Below, piece after piece: positions 24,146-40,582 of a DNA stretch of 64,000 nt. Below the pieces are notes generated by a model. It did no database searches. It worked only from the letters and a program-made list of their open reading frames with translations, and was not told the origin of the DNA. The translations under genes and the position numbers were made by a program. The stretch's first letter is position 1, and every line of letters starts with the position of its first letter. This DNA is from the human T2T-CHM13v2.0 reference genome, Homo sapiens, in assembly GCF_009914755.1 (NCBI RefSeq), contig NC_060943.1; one strand, given 5' to 3'.

Positions 24146-25859
24146 GCGGGATCCAGAGAGGATGATCAGGGAAGCTTCCTTGGTAAGATAAAATTCAAGC
24201 AGACACTTGAAGGCGGCGAGGAAGGATACCATCAAAAATCCGTAGGAAGAGCATTCTAGCACGAGGGAACAGCTATGCGAAGGCTCTGGGGCAGGAATGT
24301 GCTTTGTGTGCACCGAGAAGTAGATGGGTGCAGATCATGCAGGGTCTTGTGGACCACAGGGGGGACTTTGGCTCCTATCGTGAGTGAGGGAGGAGCTGTG
24401 GAAGATTCTGAGCAGAGGAGGGGCGTTACCTGGCTCAGGTGTTCACAGGTGCCCTCTGGCCACGAGAGCAGATGGGAAAGAAAGCAGAAGCTGGGAGGGG
24501 GAGGAAGAGGAAACCACACTGGGTTAGGTGGGGGGCCGTGACCAGGTGGGTACCACGGTGAGTTAATTCTGGTTATGTTGAGATGGTAAAGCAGACAGGT
24601 GTGGCTTATGGATTGGAAGTGGAGGATGCCTGGAGGAGAGGAGTCAAGAATGTCTCAGGGATTTTGACATGAGCAGTCTGAGGACACAGCTCTGCTATCA
24701 GCTGAGGGGAAGAAAACTGGGGCGGGGAAGTGGGAGGGTGGGGGTAGTGTTGGGGGAAGATAACAATTCACTCACCACTTCCCCCTTGAATTATAGAATC
24801 ACCCCACAGCAGTATTCATAAAGAATGAAAATGCAAACATCTATTAATAATTATTCGCAAATGCTGCATATTAGCCAGTTTAGATAAACCCTGCTCTCTG
24901 GGAATTTTGCCAGAAAAAAATCCCCAAATAAGCTTCTACAGCTCTCAAAGCCAATAAAATGCCATCAGGGAGTAGACGGAGAATGGCAAAGTCCCTTCCT
25001 CATGTGAGAATCTGTTTAATCTAACATTACCATGCCTTCATCTACCCTTCTGTAAGACCCAGGATTGTCTGAACACAAAGATAAACATAACAGAGCTATA
25101 GAAAGACGTGAAGTGAGAAAACAAAATAATCGTGGGGGATAGGATGTTTGGCAAGACTAGATGAGGACTTCTCAAGCTAGGAGATGATTACACCTAACTA
25201 GCTCCACTAACTAGCTGCCGTAGTGGAACTACGGGCAGTTCCACTCTTCTTTCTCTCTTTGCTGCCTAACCCTCACCAATGCTGGATGGATTAGAATCTG
25301 TGTCTCTGCTTCCATTGTTGTTTGCGGCCACCTTGATCATACAAACTGCCCTGCTGTAGTCTATTGTTTATTTACTCATGCAACAAACAATTATTAAGCT
25401 TCTACTATGTTGCAGGCACTGCACTGGATGCTTGAGATAGAGTGTTTCGGAGACCACCTGTTACCCACCCACCCATTATCCCCTCATAACTTCCCTAGCT
25501 TTCAGAACCCAGCAATAAAACAGAACTACATTTCCTGGGCACTTTTGCAGAGAGATGTGGCCACATGAACAGTTCTGGCCAATCAACCATAAGGATGCTG
25601 ATCTCAACTGACCTTTGTCCTTTGACCTTCTTCCTCCTTTCTGTCTGAAGCACTGATGTGATGGCTGGAGCAGCAGCAGCCATCCTGAGACTGACCATGA
25701 GGAAAAGACCAAGCTGACCTTGGTCTTGGCTGAACATCCTTGGGCCACTGCAGCGTTTTTATTTTATATGCAACCAAATAAAATTTTCGACTGATGCACA
25801 TGTATGTTCTGAAAAAGTTGTCTTTTTATTAGCCTGTTTCTCCACATAAGACTTCTTGA

Positions 25860-26145
25860 GGCTGGGTGCAGTGGCTCACGCCTGGAATCTCAGCACTTTG
25901 GGAGGCCAAGGCAGGAGGAACACTTGAGGCCAGGAATTTGAGACCAGCTGGGCAACACAGCGAGACCCTGCCTCTACTAAAAACACAAAAATTAGCTGGG
26001 TTTGGTGGCACACACCTGTAGTCCCAGCTTCTCAGGAGGCTGAGGTGGGAGGATCAATTGAGCCCAGGAGGTTGAAGCTGCAGTGAGCTATGATCATGTC
26101 ACGACACTTTATCCTGGGCAACAGCACGAGACCCTGTCTCAAGGG
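25860..26145 (+). mobile_element. Alu (AluJ)
   Basis: Full dimer. Confidence 0.93.
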
Positions 26146-26539
26146 ATAAACAAATAATAAAAGTAACAGTAAAAAGGAAGACTTCATGAGTGCAGAAACC
26201 AATTTTATTTAGCTTCATAAGCCCTCAAGAAATGTCAGATGAATTCATGAATGAGTAAGGTAGCATGACTTTTATAATTTAAAACGCAGCAGGCCCAGGA
26301 AGGGCATCTTCTTCCCCTATTCGCTCTCTGCTTGGGTGCCACATCTCTGGCAGTGGCTGATCCCTTCCGTGATGACAGCTACTGCCAGCAGCTCCTCCCT
26401 CATCGTTCCAGCTGCCACTGGCTCCAATGTTGCAATTTCTTCAATCCAAGGATTGTAGGGGCTTCCTGCTATTGCTAGCCTCTGGGTGCCCAACATCCCA
26501 CATGGGTTAACTCTGTCCACACCTCTGTAAGGAAGTCCT

Positions 26540-27445
<906 letters not shown>

Positions 27446-27756
27446 CAAAAAATGTTTTTAAAACAATAAAACCCAATGCTGGTCTGTGTGCATTGAAATG
27501 AATAGACTTCAGCGTTGCTGTTAAATGTGTAAATTGATACAACCCTTTGGAAAAACCATATATATAAGAAACCATTAAAATAGTACTCATTTTTGACTCA
27601 GTAAAACTACTCCTGGAAATCTAATACAAAGAAATGAATCCCAGTGAAGGGAAAATGTATGTAAAGATTTGATTGTAGCATTATGTATAATGTCAAAATA
27701 TACCCAACAGTAGGTTATAAGGAAAAGACCCTTCTATAGGCATTAAAATGACAGTA

Positions 27757-28040
27757 TGGGATGGAGGGAGGGAGGGAAGAAGGAAAGAAGGGAGGGAGGG
27801 AGAGAGAAAGGGAAGGAGGAAGGGAGAGAGGGAAGGAAAAGAAGAAAGAAAGAAAAGGAAGGAAGAGAAGGAAAGAAAGAAAAAGTAAGGGAGGAGGGAG
27901 GGAGAAAAGGAGGGGAGAAAGGGAAGGAAAAGAAAGAGAAAAAAGAAAGAAAAGGAAGGGAAGGAAAGAGAGAGGTGAAAGGAGGGAAGGATGGGAGGAA
28001 GGAAGGAAAAAATGAACAAAGGAAGGAAAGAAGGAACGGG
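27757..28040 (+). repeat. GA-rich polypurine low-complexity tract
   Basis: Direct reading. Confidence 0.97.
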
Positions 28041-28196
28041 GCAGGAAAAAGTGAATGGGGGTGCAGTAGTTTCAATTTTACATAGCTGAGGTCGAGAAGG
28101 TGACTGTGAGCAGAGACCTGAAGGAGGTGAGGCAGAAATTAGTCACAAGAATAAGAAAAAAAATGTAAGAAAGAGATGTTAACAGTTAGGTATTAA

Positions 28197-28737
<541 letters not shown>

Positions 28738-29789
28738 TGAGAAAATCAATAAGAGCGAATTAGAATGTTGATGTGGGTAATGAAAGAAAGGCATATGATG
28801 CTAGAAAAATATATACTCAGAGGTATTGGGGAGAGAGACAGATGCATGAATAGAGGTAAAGGGATACAGAGAAAGAAAAAGAAACAAAGAGATGGAGAGA
28901 GAGGGAAAGAGAGAATGTGGGGAGGAGGGGACAGAAACAAGGAGAGACAGAGACAGAGAGAGATGTCAATGAGGTGAATTATATTTGGGACTCTCTGAAT
29001 TCTCTTTTCCACAGCTGAATAATAACAGTAATAGCCCAGTAATTAGTATACAACTGCTCAACCTCTCTCTCTTGCCTGGAGCTGGCAAGAAAAATAACCA
29101 ATCGTACTGAAGAAAGGACCAAGGACTTAGGGAGAAATTGAAAGAAAAAGCAGCCTAGAAATCATGCATTGGAGAAAAACAGAATCTGAAGGTTGTGGCA
29201 AAGCGAAGAGACCCTGAGATTAGGAGGGAAAGTGGATATGCTTTTTCTTAAAAAAAGATATTTCTAAAGGAGTTTCTGATGTTAAATGGGATCTCGGCAG
29301 AATGAAATAACAAGGCTTTTAACTCTAAAGCCCTATCCATCTTCCCAGGGAATGTTCCTGACCCTTCAGCACCAAAAGCAAACCCTTCGTACCTGTGCTT
29401 TTCCCTCCAGTTTTGGTACATTGTGGACATAGGTGTTCGTTTATCCAACCACCCTCTCTGGTCCCATTTGTAGCAGAGATAATGCTATGGATCTGGCAAA
29501 TCCCATTTTCTTTTCCTTCCTGGGATACGTACAGCAAAGGGACATATTCCAGCTCTCACTGAAGTTCGTTGGGCCCTGGGACTACATTCTGGCTAATGGC
29601 ATTTAGGTAAAAGTGATGTGAACCACTTCTAAGCCTAACCCATACAAAATGTCCAGCATAATTCTCTGTGTACAAATTCAGAAGCAATTAGGGGAAAGCA
29701 GAGGCCGTTCCTAGACAATGGCAAAGCCACAAGATGGGAGGACCCTGGATCCCTGCGTCACTGCCTGGAGAAAAGTCTCCCAGGAAGTA

Positions 29790-30712
29790 CAACCATTATG
29801 GAGAAGTTTGGAGGTTCCTCAAAAAACTAAAAATAGAGCCACCATATGATCCAGCAATCCTGCCGCTGGGTATATACCCAAAAGAAAGAAAATAGTATAT
29901 CGAAGAGATATCCGCACTCCCACGTTTATTGCAGCACTATTCACAATAGCCAAAATTTGGAAACAACTCAAGTGTCCATCAACAGATGAATGGACAAAGA
30001 AAGTATGGTACATATACACAGTGGAGTACTGCTCAGCCATAAAAAAGAATGAGATCCTGTCATTTGCAACAACATGGATGGAACCGGAAGTCATTATGTT
30101 AAGGAAAATAAGCCAGGGACAGAAAGACAAACTTCGCATGTTCTCACTTATTTGTGGGAGTTAAAAATTAAAACAATTGCACTCATGGAGATAGAGAGTA
30201 GAATGATGGTTACCAGAAGCTAAGAAGGGGAGTGGATGGGGGTGGAGGAGGAATGTTTAATAAGTACAAAAAAATAGAAAAGAATGAATAAGATGTAGTA
30301 TTTGATAGTACAACAGGGTGACTATAGTCAATGATAATTTATTTGTATATTTAAAAATAACTAAAAGAGCATAATTGGATTGTAACACAAAGGATAAATG
30401 CTTGAGGTGAAAGATACCTCATTTTTCCATATGTAATTATTACACATTGCATGCCTGTATCAAAATATCCCATATATCATATATATATACACATATATAT
30501 AATATATACACACATATATAATATATATACATATATAATATATATATACATATATATAATATATATACATATATATAATATATATACATATATATAATAT
30601 ATATATACATATATATAATATATATACATATATATAATATATATACATATATATAATATATATATATATTATATATATATATACTATGTACCTACAAAAA
30701 ATTTTTTAAAAA
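29790..30712 (+). mobile_element. L1MA-type 3' end inserted in an MLT1 LTR (~29540-29790 and 30715-30962)
   Basis: ccatatgatccagcaatcc...acaacagggtgactatagtcaatgataattt. Confidence 0.88.
30472..30682 (+). repeat. (TA)-rich ~19-bp minisatellite in L1 3' UTR
   Basis: Repeats of tatatacatatatataata. Confidence 0.95.
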
Positions 30713-31299
30713 GAGAAAAGCCTACTGGGAGAAAACATCTATCTCGGATAGTTGAGTGAACAAGAAGGACACTTTCACCATGTTCAACCTCTGAGAATTC
30801 AGGGTTTATTTGTTATAGCAGCTAATATCCCTTATCCTATCTAATACACCATCCATCTTGGACAGTAGAGTGAGCAAGAAGGAAACGCTCACTGTGTTCA
30901 GCCACTGAGAGTTCAGGGCTTAGCTGTCACAGCAGCTAAATCCCTTATCCTGTATAATACACCCTTTCCATAACAGTGTGTGTAGATTTTGAGAAGAGTT
31001 TACATTCCCTCCAATTCTGCTTCTAAACCTTTATTTTCCTGCCTTTGAGAAAGAATTCATACTCCTTCAAGGCTCAGACCATCCATCCAGCATCTTCACC
31101 ACCTCCCATCTCTGCCATTGTCCTCTCCAAGCTGTTTCTTGCCTCTGTCTCTTTGCCCTTGCACTCATCTCCACCTGGAATGCCAAAGGGGCACTGCAGA
31201 CAATGTGTGTTTCAACCAAAATGGACAGAGATGCTGTTTGCTGCTGCAGGACAGATTAAAAACTCTTTGGAAGCCTCATACCCATGACTTTGGCCTTGG

Positions 31300-31975
31300 A
31301 GATACTGCTGTCCAGCCACTAGGCAAACCAAGCACACAAGCTGTTAACCCAGTTACTAAGGCAGAGAGCTGGGAGTTACTTTTGACTCCTCCCTCTCCCT
31401 CATCCCACTATTCTATCAGTCACCAAGATGTATTGATTCTACATCCAGATACCTCTCAAATCCATCCACTTTCATCACCATTGCTTCCATCAAATTCCAG
31501 GCCACCATCATCTCTTAGGATAAATTCCAATTCTGTTAATGTGGCCCAGAGGTCCTGCGTGATCTGGCCCCTGCCCCAACCCCAGCCTCTTCCCTCTCAG
31601 ACTCTATATTCTAACTGACTTGGACTCCTTTCAATTCTTTAAATGCACCATATTCTTTTCCTGCCTTTGGACCTTTGAGATACTGCTCCCACAGCCAAAA
31701 CACTCCTCTTCTTCTTTCCCAGCTAAACTTCTACTCATTCTCTAGGTTTCAGCTTAAATGCTCCTTTATCCAAGAAGCCTTCTTTGAGTTTGTTAAATGG
31801 CATTCGACTCTGTGATTATAAACCATGTCCTGCATTTAGAGCACTGCATTTACCTGCTAGACTGGTAAGCTGACCAGCAGCGCCAACATCTGCATTGTTC
31901 ATTATTGTGATTTCAGGGTCAAGCATGGGGCATGACATATAGTAGGTGCTTACTAAAATATTGTTGAATAAATTT
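31300..31975. mobile_element. L2 remnant
   Basis: ctctcaaatccatccactttc; atagtaggtgcttactaaaatattgttgaat end. Confidence 0.7.
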
Positions 31976-31979
31976 TAAA

Positions 31980-32190
31980 AATGGATGGATGGACAGATGA
32001 TTTGATGGATGGATAGATGATTTGATGGATGGATGGATGGATGAGTGAATGGATGATTTAATGGATGAATGATTGGGATAGATGATTTGATGAATGGATG
32101 GATGGGTAAATGAGTGAATGGATGAATGAATGGATGGATAAATGAGTGAATGATTGATGGAAGGATGAATGGAAGAACGGATGGCTGAAT
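31980..32190 (+). repeat. (TGGA/TGAA)n simple repeat
   Basis: Direct reading. Confidence 0.95.
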
Positions 32191-32949
32191 AAATTTCTTC
32201 AAGATGCTGAGTGTGAATCTGTGACTCCAAAAGAAACCAAAGATAACTATCATCTGGACAACCCTAAAACCAGAAGTTCCATGAGACTACATTCTTGCTC
32301 ATCTTTGCTTTTGTGGACCTTGAATTCTCTTTGGGAGTGAGTAGATAATGGCAAGGAAGCAAAGACAATAGAAAACATACAAATAAACCAGGTGGCACCA
32401 GAAGATTACACACACCACATGCTCTAAAGGGGTGGCATTTGATCCAAGACCCCAGGCACTTAAAATTAAAATTAAACAAGTGAGAATGCCAACTCTATGC
32501 CAAAAATCAAGCCAAATGATCCTCGGAATGTGTTGACTGGCAATGATAGCTGGGATTTAAAAATAGACTTATCAACCTATTATGCATGTCCTGCCTTTGC
32601 TTCAGTAATCACTTTCCCCAGGTCCCAAGGAAATACAAAATGGCCCTTAAACAGATGACAAGGGGCCCATTTTCACTCATAATAAGAGAAGACCAATTAA
32701 AATTGTATTGAGATGCCATTTTTCACCTACCTTATGGGCAAAAGCATGATAACACACGCTGCTGGCAGGGCCGAGGGGCACCAGACAATCACCTGTATCG
32801 CTGATGGGAGTGGAAACTGGTACAATCTCCATGGAGGATCATTTGGCAAAATTCACCAAGATTACCCATATCTTTACCCTTTGACCCAGCAATCCAGTTT
32901 CTCCAAATTTATCCCATTGTCTATGATACCCTGATATGTTTTTATCTAT

Positions 32950-33480
32950 TTTTTTTAATTCATTTTTGAGGCAGCCTTGCTTTGTTGCCCAGGCTGGAGT
33001 GCAGTGGCACGATCATGGCTCACTGCAGCCTTGAACCCCTGGGCTCAAGGTGATCTGCCCACCTTAGCCTCCCGAGGAGCTAGGACTACAGGTGCCTGCC
33101 AGCTAATTTAAAAATAATTTTTTTTAGAGACGGAGTCTTGCTATTACTCAGCCTCCCGAGTAGCTGGGATTACGGGCATGAGCCACCACACCCAGCAACT
33201 GACATGTTTTAAAAAGTGACATATGTGTGGCCCATACCTGTGATTTCAGCACTTTGGGAGGCTGAGGTGGGAGGATTTCTTGAGACCCAGAGTTTGAGAC
33301 CAGCTTGGGCAACATAGCAAGACCCCATCTCTACAAAAAACAAATTTTGCATTGGTAGTCCCAGCTACTTGGGAGGCTGAGGCAGGAGGATCACCTGAGC
33401 CCAGGAGGCCAAGGTTTTAGTAAGCTATGATTGCATCACCACACTCCTGCCTAAGTGACAGAGTGAGATCCTGTCTCAAA
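32950..33480. mobile_element. Head-to-head AluJ pair (32950-33197 minus; 33230-33480 plus)
   Basis: Alu consensus, both internally deleted. Confidence 0.9.
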
Positions 33481-33543
33481 AGGAAAGGAAAGGAAAGGAA
33501 AGGAAAGGAAAGGAAAGGAAAGGAAAGGAAAGGAAAGGAAAGG
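33479..33543 (+). repeat. (AAAGG)13 perfect pentanucleotide Alu tail
   Basis: Direct reading. Confidence 0.98.
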
Positions 33544-33942
33544 AGGGCATATGTACAAAGTTACTCATTATTAGACTGTATGTAATGGCAGGATATTGCA
33601 AACAACCCATGAATCTATCAATAGAGGCTGGTTTAATAAATTATGGACCACTACATAAAAATAATAATCATAGCCTAGACACATCACTTACTTCATTCAT
33701 GCCTAGCATGATTCTAAATGTGTTATATGTAATAATTCATAATAACCATAGCAGGTGCACTCTAACCACTTTTCTATGTTATAGGTGAAGACACTGAAGC
33801 ACAGAGAGGATCAGTGACTTGCCCAAGATCACACAGCCTGGAAGCAGCAAATCAGGTCAGTGAGGGGAGCTGGTCCCTTGAGGGGCTGGAAGCAGGCACA
33901 ATGATGTAGCTATAAAAGGAAGAAGCCCAAGAGAGCTGTTTG

Positions 33943-34323
<381 letters not shown>

Positions 34324-34755
34324 TCACACACAGGTTCCCAGGAAGATAATGGTGGGTGGGATGGAAGAGGGAGCCTCAGTTTCTCTGTCTTCCTCAGCTG
34401 TCTCTGCACTCTCGACCACACAGTTGTAATACTGCCTCTCTGAAAATAAGGAAGCTTCTGCCAAACTAATCTGGAAAGATCTCCAAGAACATATTGTTAG
34501 GTGAAAAAAAGCAAGATGCTGAACTGCATGTAGAGTATACGCTCCCTTATGTAAGAAGAGAGGGGAAAGTAAAATAAATATTTTACATTTGCGCACATTT
34601 CATGTGTTTGCATGAACTAACTCTGGGAAGACATACAAGAAAGCAATAAATGTTTCAGGGGAAGGAGATGAAAGTGGGGAGGGGGATGGGGCAGATTGGG
34701 GAATGGTAGGAGATGTAAAAGGATTAACTACTGAAACATTAGCATTTAATTTTGA

Positions 34756-35097
<342 letters not shown>

Positions 35098-35828
35098 TAA
35101 TTATTGACAGGGCACGTGCCTTGCAGTTTTCTTGAGTCCCCACCACTCCCTATTGTCTGCCTGATGTTGAATTCTCATCTCATCTAAAGCTGAGTTACTC
35201 TCAGCTCCAGCTCCTTATTGCTACCCCTGAATGTGGGTCCAAAGTGGCTAGCTTCTCTTATTTTTCAAGAGAAGTGGAAAACCATATTTTTATAAGAAAC
35301 CTTCCAGATTTTAAATGTTGGCAAGGATTAAATTTTTAGAAAATGAGAATTTCTGTGGCCTATATACAACCTCTGATCCAGATGAATCCAGAATCTGTGT
35401 GTCCTCAGGAAATCCCCCGGAGGTTGTTTTGCTTGACTGAGTGGCAGAGTTTGTAGCACTCTAAGGACCTGTAGGGCAACTGTTCTACATACTGTTTGAA
35501 AACAGAGAAGTCAAGAGCCAATAAAAAAGGCTGGGGAGGGGACTCCATGTATGGTTGCTCAAGGCGTGCACTGCACAAGTGCTCCTGGCCACATGAGAGA
35601 GAGGAGAGCTGAAATACAACTCACTGATGGAGTGCTTCATGATGGATGGATCAAGCTGGTGACATCTGAACCCTTGTCAAATTCAACATCACTAAATGAG
35701 AGGCAGCCAGACGTGATGTGCCACCCAATGAAGCAAGATGTACCAGTCATCATCAAAGAATTATCCTTGCAAACACAACCAAGCATAAAACAGAAACATT
35801 GAAACTGAATCTGATTCATCCTCTAGAT

Positions 35829-36040
35829 CAGGGATCACCAAACTATGGCCCCCTAGTCAAATCTAGCCTACTGCCTGATCTTGTAAATAAGGTTTCACTG
35901 GGACACAGCCACACTCATTTATTTAAGTATTGTCTGTGCCTTGCTTTCACACTGCAAAGGCAGAGTTGAAACCATATGAACTGCAATACCTAGAAGACGC
36001 ATTATCCAGATTTTTACAGAAAAGTTCACCAACCCCAGGT
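35829..36040. mobile_element. MER58A-like hAT MITE within an old L1M remnant (~35600-36565)
   Basis: cagggatcaccaaactatggccc...aaaagttcaccaacccc; tctaga flanks. Confidence 0.75.
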
Positions 36041-36589
36041 CTAGATCTAGCCCCCCGTTCACAGGAAATACAGGGGAGAGAGGAGCACACTAAATCAACA
36101 CCATGAGGCACGCAATCAGCAGAATCCAAAGTGTGGAACAGCCTCCAGGACAAATGATCCAGTTTCTTCCACAAATAAATGGCAAGCAAACAAAAGAAGG
36201 AGGCAAAACTGTTCAAGATTCCAAGAGTCTTATAAGATACATCAGCCAATCAGGGAAATGGGGATAACGACTGGCTGTTCAGTGAGTCTTAAGGAAATAA
36301 CAGCCATTTTGGGTAGATGTGAAAATGACATAGTGCTAAATGCAATATAATATTTGGGGTTGGATCACGGAACAGCAAAAACGGCATTAATGAAAAAAAG
36401 GGTAAAATCTGAATAGAGTCTGTGATTTAGTGAATGGTGACAAATCACAGTAATGTAAGATGGTAACAACAGGAGGGGCTAGATGAGGTGTATGTAGAAA
36501 CACTCTATTATCTTGGCAATTTTTCTATAAATCTAAAATTATTCCCAAATGTAAAGTTTGTTTTAAGACAATGGTCTTGTGATTGCAGT

Positions 36590-36893
36590 TTTGTTTTGTC
36601 TTTGTTGTTTGAAACAGGATCTTGCTCTGTCGCCAGGCTGGAGTGCAGTGGCACGATCATAGCTTACTGCAGCCTCCAACTCCTGGCCTCAAGCAATCAT
36701 CTTGCTTCAGCTTCCTGAGTAGCTAGGATACAGGTGCACACCACCACTCCTGGTAAATTAAAAATAACAATAATTGTAGTGATGAGATCTTTCTATGTTG
36801 CCTAGGCTGGTCTCAAACTCCTGGCCTCAAGTGATCCACCCACCTCAGCCTCCAAAAGCACCAAGATTACAGGATAATCCACTGCACCTGGCT
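36590..36893 (-). mobile_element. Alu (AluJ)
   Basis: Antisense dimer. Confidence 0.92.
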
Positions 36894-38220
36894 AGACTGT
36901 ACTTTCTAATACACAGTGTCTCTTAGAGTCTATTAGATTAGACTCCAATCATCTGTAACATTAACAGATACAATGATGCAATGACTAGACTTTGCTTTAA
37001 AATAATACAGCAAAGTGCAGATAATAGGTGAGAGCATAAAGAAACTAGATTTGCCAAATATTGATATTTATTGAAGTCAGGAAATAGATTCCTGAAGATC
37101 GTCTTTATGTTTCTCTCCATTTTGGGGTGAGTTTGAAAATGTTCATAATAAAAAGTGGTTTTGAAAATTGTTTTAAATTAAGCCTACATGCATTTAAACA
37201 TGTTCCCTAGGATGGGCTGTGGCTGCCTGGAAGAAAGGCAACTTTATCTTATCAGAAGGCACTTTCCACCAACCAGGCAATGTGTCCTGGCTTGTAGATT
37301 CCCTCTGCATGTCCATCAGGGTGCCGGGTGCTGGCATCCCTCTTTGTGGAATGATGGGATGACGGGGGTGTCTCACCCCTGGAGCTCCTATGTTTACCCC
37401 CAACCTAACTCAACCAACTCCATGTGACATTGTAGAATCTGCCTCAAGTCCTGTTGCATCCTCAAGTCCTGTTGCATGGCTGGCTGTGACCACAAAGGGA
37501 CCCAACTTTCAAACACACTTTAATTTGGGTAATAAACAGCCCACAAAAAAATTACTGGAGACATCTGCAAAGAATTCTTATCTTTCACAAAAGTCATGGG
37601 AAACTACCCTTTTCAACCATTCCACTGGGTATAAACAGGAAAACAGGTAGCTTCGACTGCAGTGGCAGCTATCTTAAGATTTTGGCTCCTTGAGAGGTGA
37701 AAATAGTGCTGGATCAACCCCATCCTGAAGCCCACACCACCACTGGACTTACAGTCATGAAAACCAGTACCTTCCCTTGCTGTTCAATCTGCTTGAGTTT
37801 GCTGTGACTTGCAGCCCAACACCCTTTCCTGGTGGGACCACATAAAACTGTATCAGTTCATGCAAATCTGTACAGATTTGCCAAGTGAGCCCAACAATGC
37901 ATTTGAGATGGTCAAACCGGGAGTCCCAGTTTAGGTCCTGCTGGGAGCCCTAATCCAAATAATACAGGTTTTAAAAAGCATTAATAACCAGGTCTAAACA
38001 GATTCAAAGCCCTTTTCACAACCCCTATTCAATTAAGCAGCCAGCCACTTGTCAAATACTTCTGCAACCCATTCCCTCCTCTCTGCCCCTGTGACCACTC
38101 AATTCTGGCCTCCATCATCATTTGCTTGGACTGTAGCAGTATCTTCCCTCCTGGTTCTCCTCCTCTAGTATCATTTTTCTCCAACCGTCCCTTACACTGG
38201 CCCCAGATGGCCTTTTCTAA

Positions 38221-38872
<652 letters not shown>

Positions 38873-38889
38873 AAAACTCTTTAATAACT

Positions 38890-39240
38890 CTCTCTTTCTA
38901 ATTGTGGCAAAATTCACACAACATAAACTTTACCATCTTAACCATTTTTAAGTGCACAGGTTAGTAGATTAAGTGGTCATGTGGTTGTACAAGCATCAGC
39001 ATCATCAATCTGCAAAACTTTCTCATCTTCCCAAACTGCAACTCTGTCACCATTAAACTATAACTCCCCATTCCCTCTTCCCTACCTGCTGGCACCCACC
39101 ATTCTACTTTCTGTCTCTATGAATTTGACTACTCTAGGGACCTTATATAAGTGGAATCATATAGTATTTGTCCTTTTGGGTCAGGTTTATTTCACTGAGC
39201 ACAATGTCCTCTGGGTTCATCCATGTTATGGCACATATCA
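38890..39240 (-). mobile_element. L1MB-type 3' end
   Basis: ccattctactttctgtctctatgaatttgactactctagg. Confidence 0.82.
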
Positions 39241-39249
39241 GAGTTCCCT

Positions 39250-40235
<986 letters not shown>

Positions 40236-40241
40236 GGTTGA

Positions 40242-40582
40242 TGACCTCATTCCAGCCCCTGAATAGGCCATTTCTGAAACCGGACATTACGTCAGCCCCT
40301 GGATACAGCCATTCCTGAAACCTGACAGTAGTTCACCCCCTGGATACAACCATTCCTGAAACCTGACATTATTTCAGCACCTGGATACAGCCATTCCTGA
40401 AACCTGACAATAGTTCACCCCCTGGATACAACCATTCCTGAAAGCTGACCTTATTTCAGCCCCTGGTTACAGCCATTCCTGAAAACTAACATTATTTCAG
40501 CCCCAGGATACAACCATTCCTGAAAGCTGAAATAAGGTCAGCTACCTTATTTCAGCCTCTAGATACAGCCATTCCTGGAGCC
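40242..40582 (+). repeat. 41-bp tandem repeat, 8 units, derived from an MLT1-like LTR segment
   Basis: Unit cccctggatacaRccattcctgaaacctgacattatttcag starting at 40256, 40296, 40337, 40378, 40419, 40460, 40501, 40556. Confidence 0.95.

Noticed and set aside
29365-29385. REST/NRSE site
   Set aside because: Only the left half (ttcagcacc) is present; ggacag is missing.
40242-40582. CRISPR-like repeat/spacer appearance
   Set aside because: The variable parts are homologous to each other, not unique spacers; there are no cas genes and the DNA is primate.
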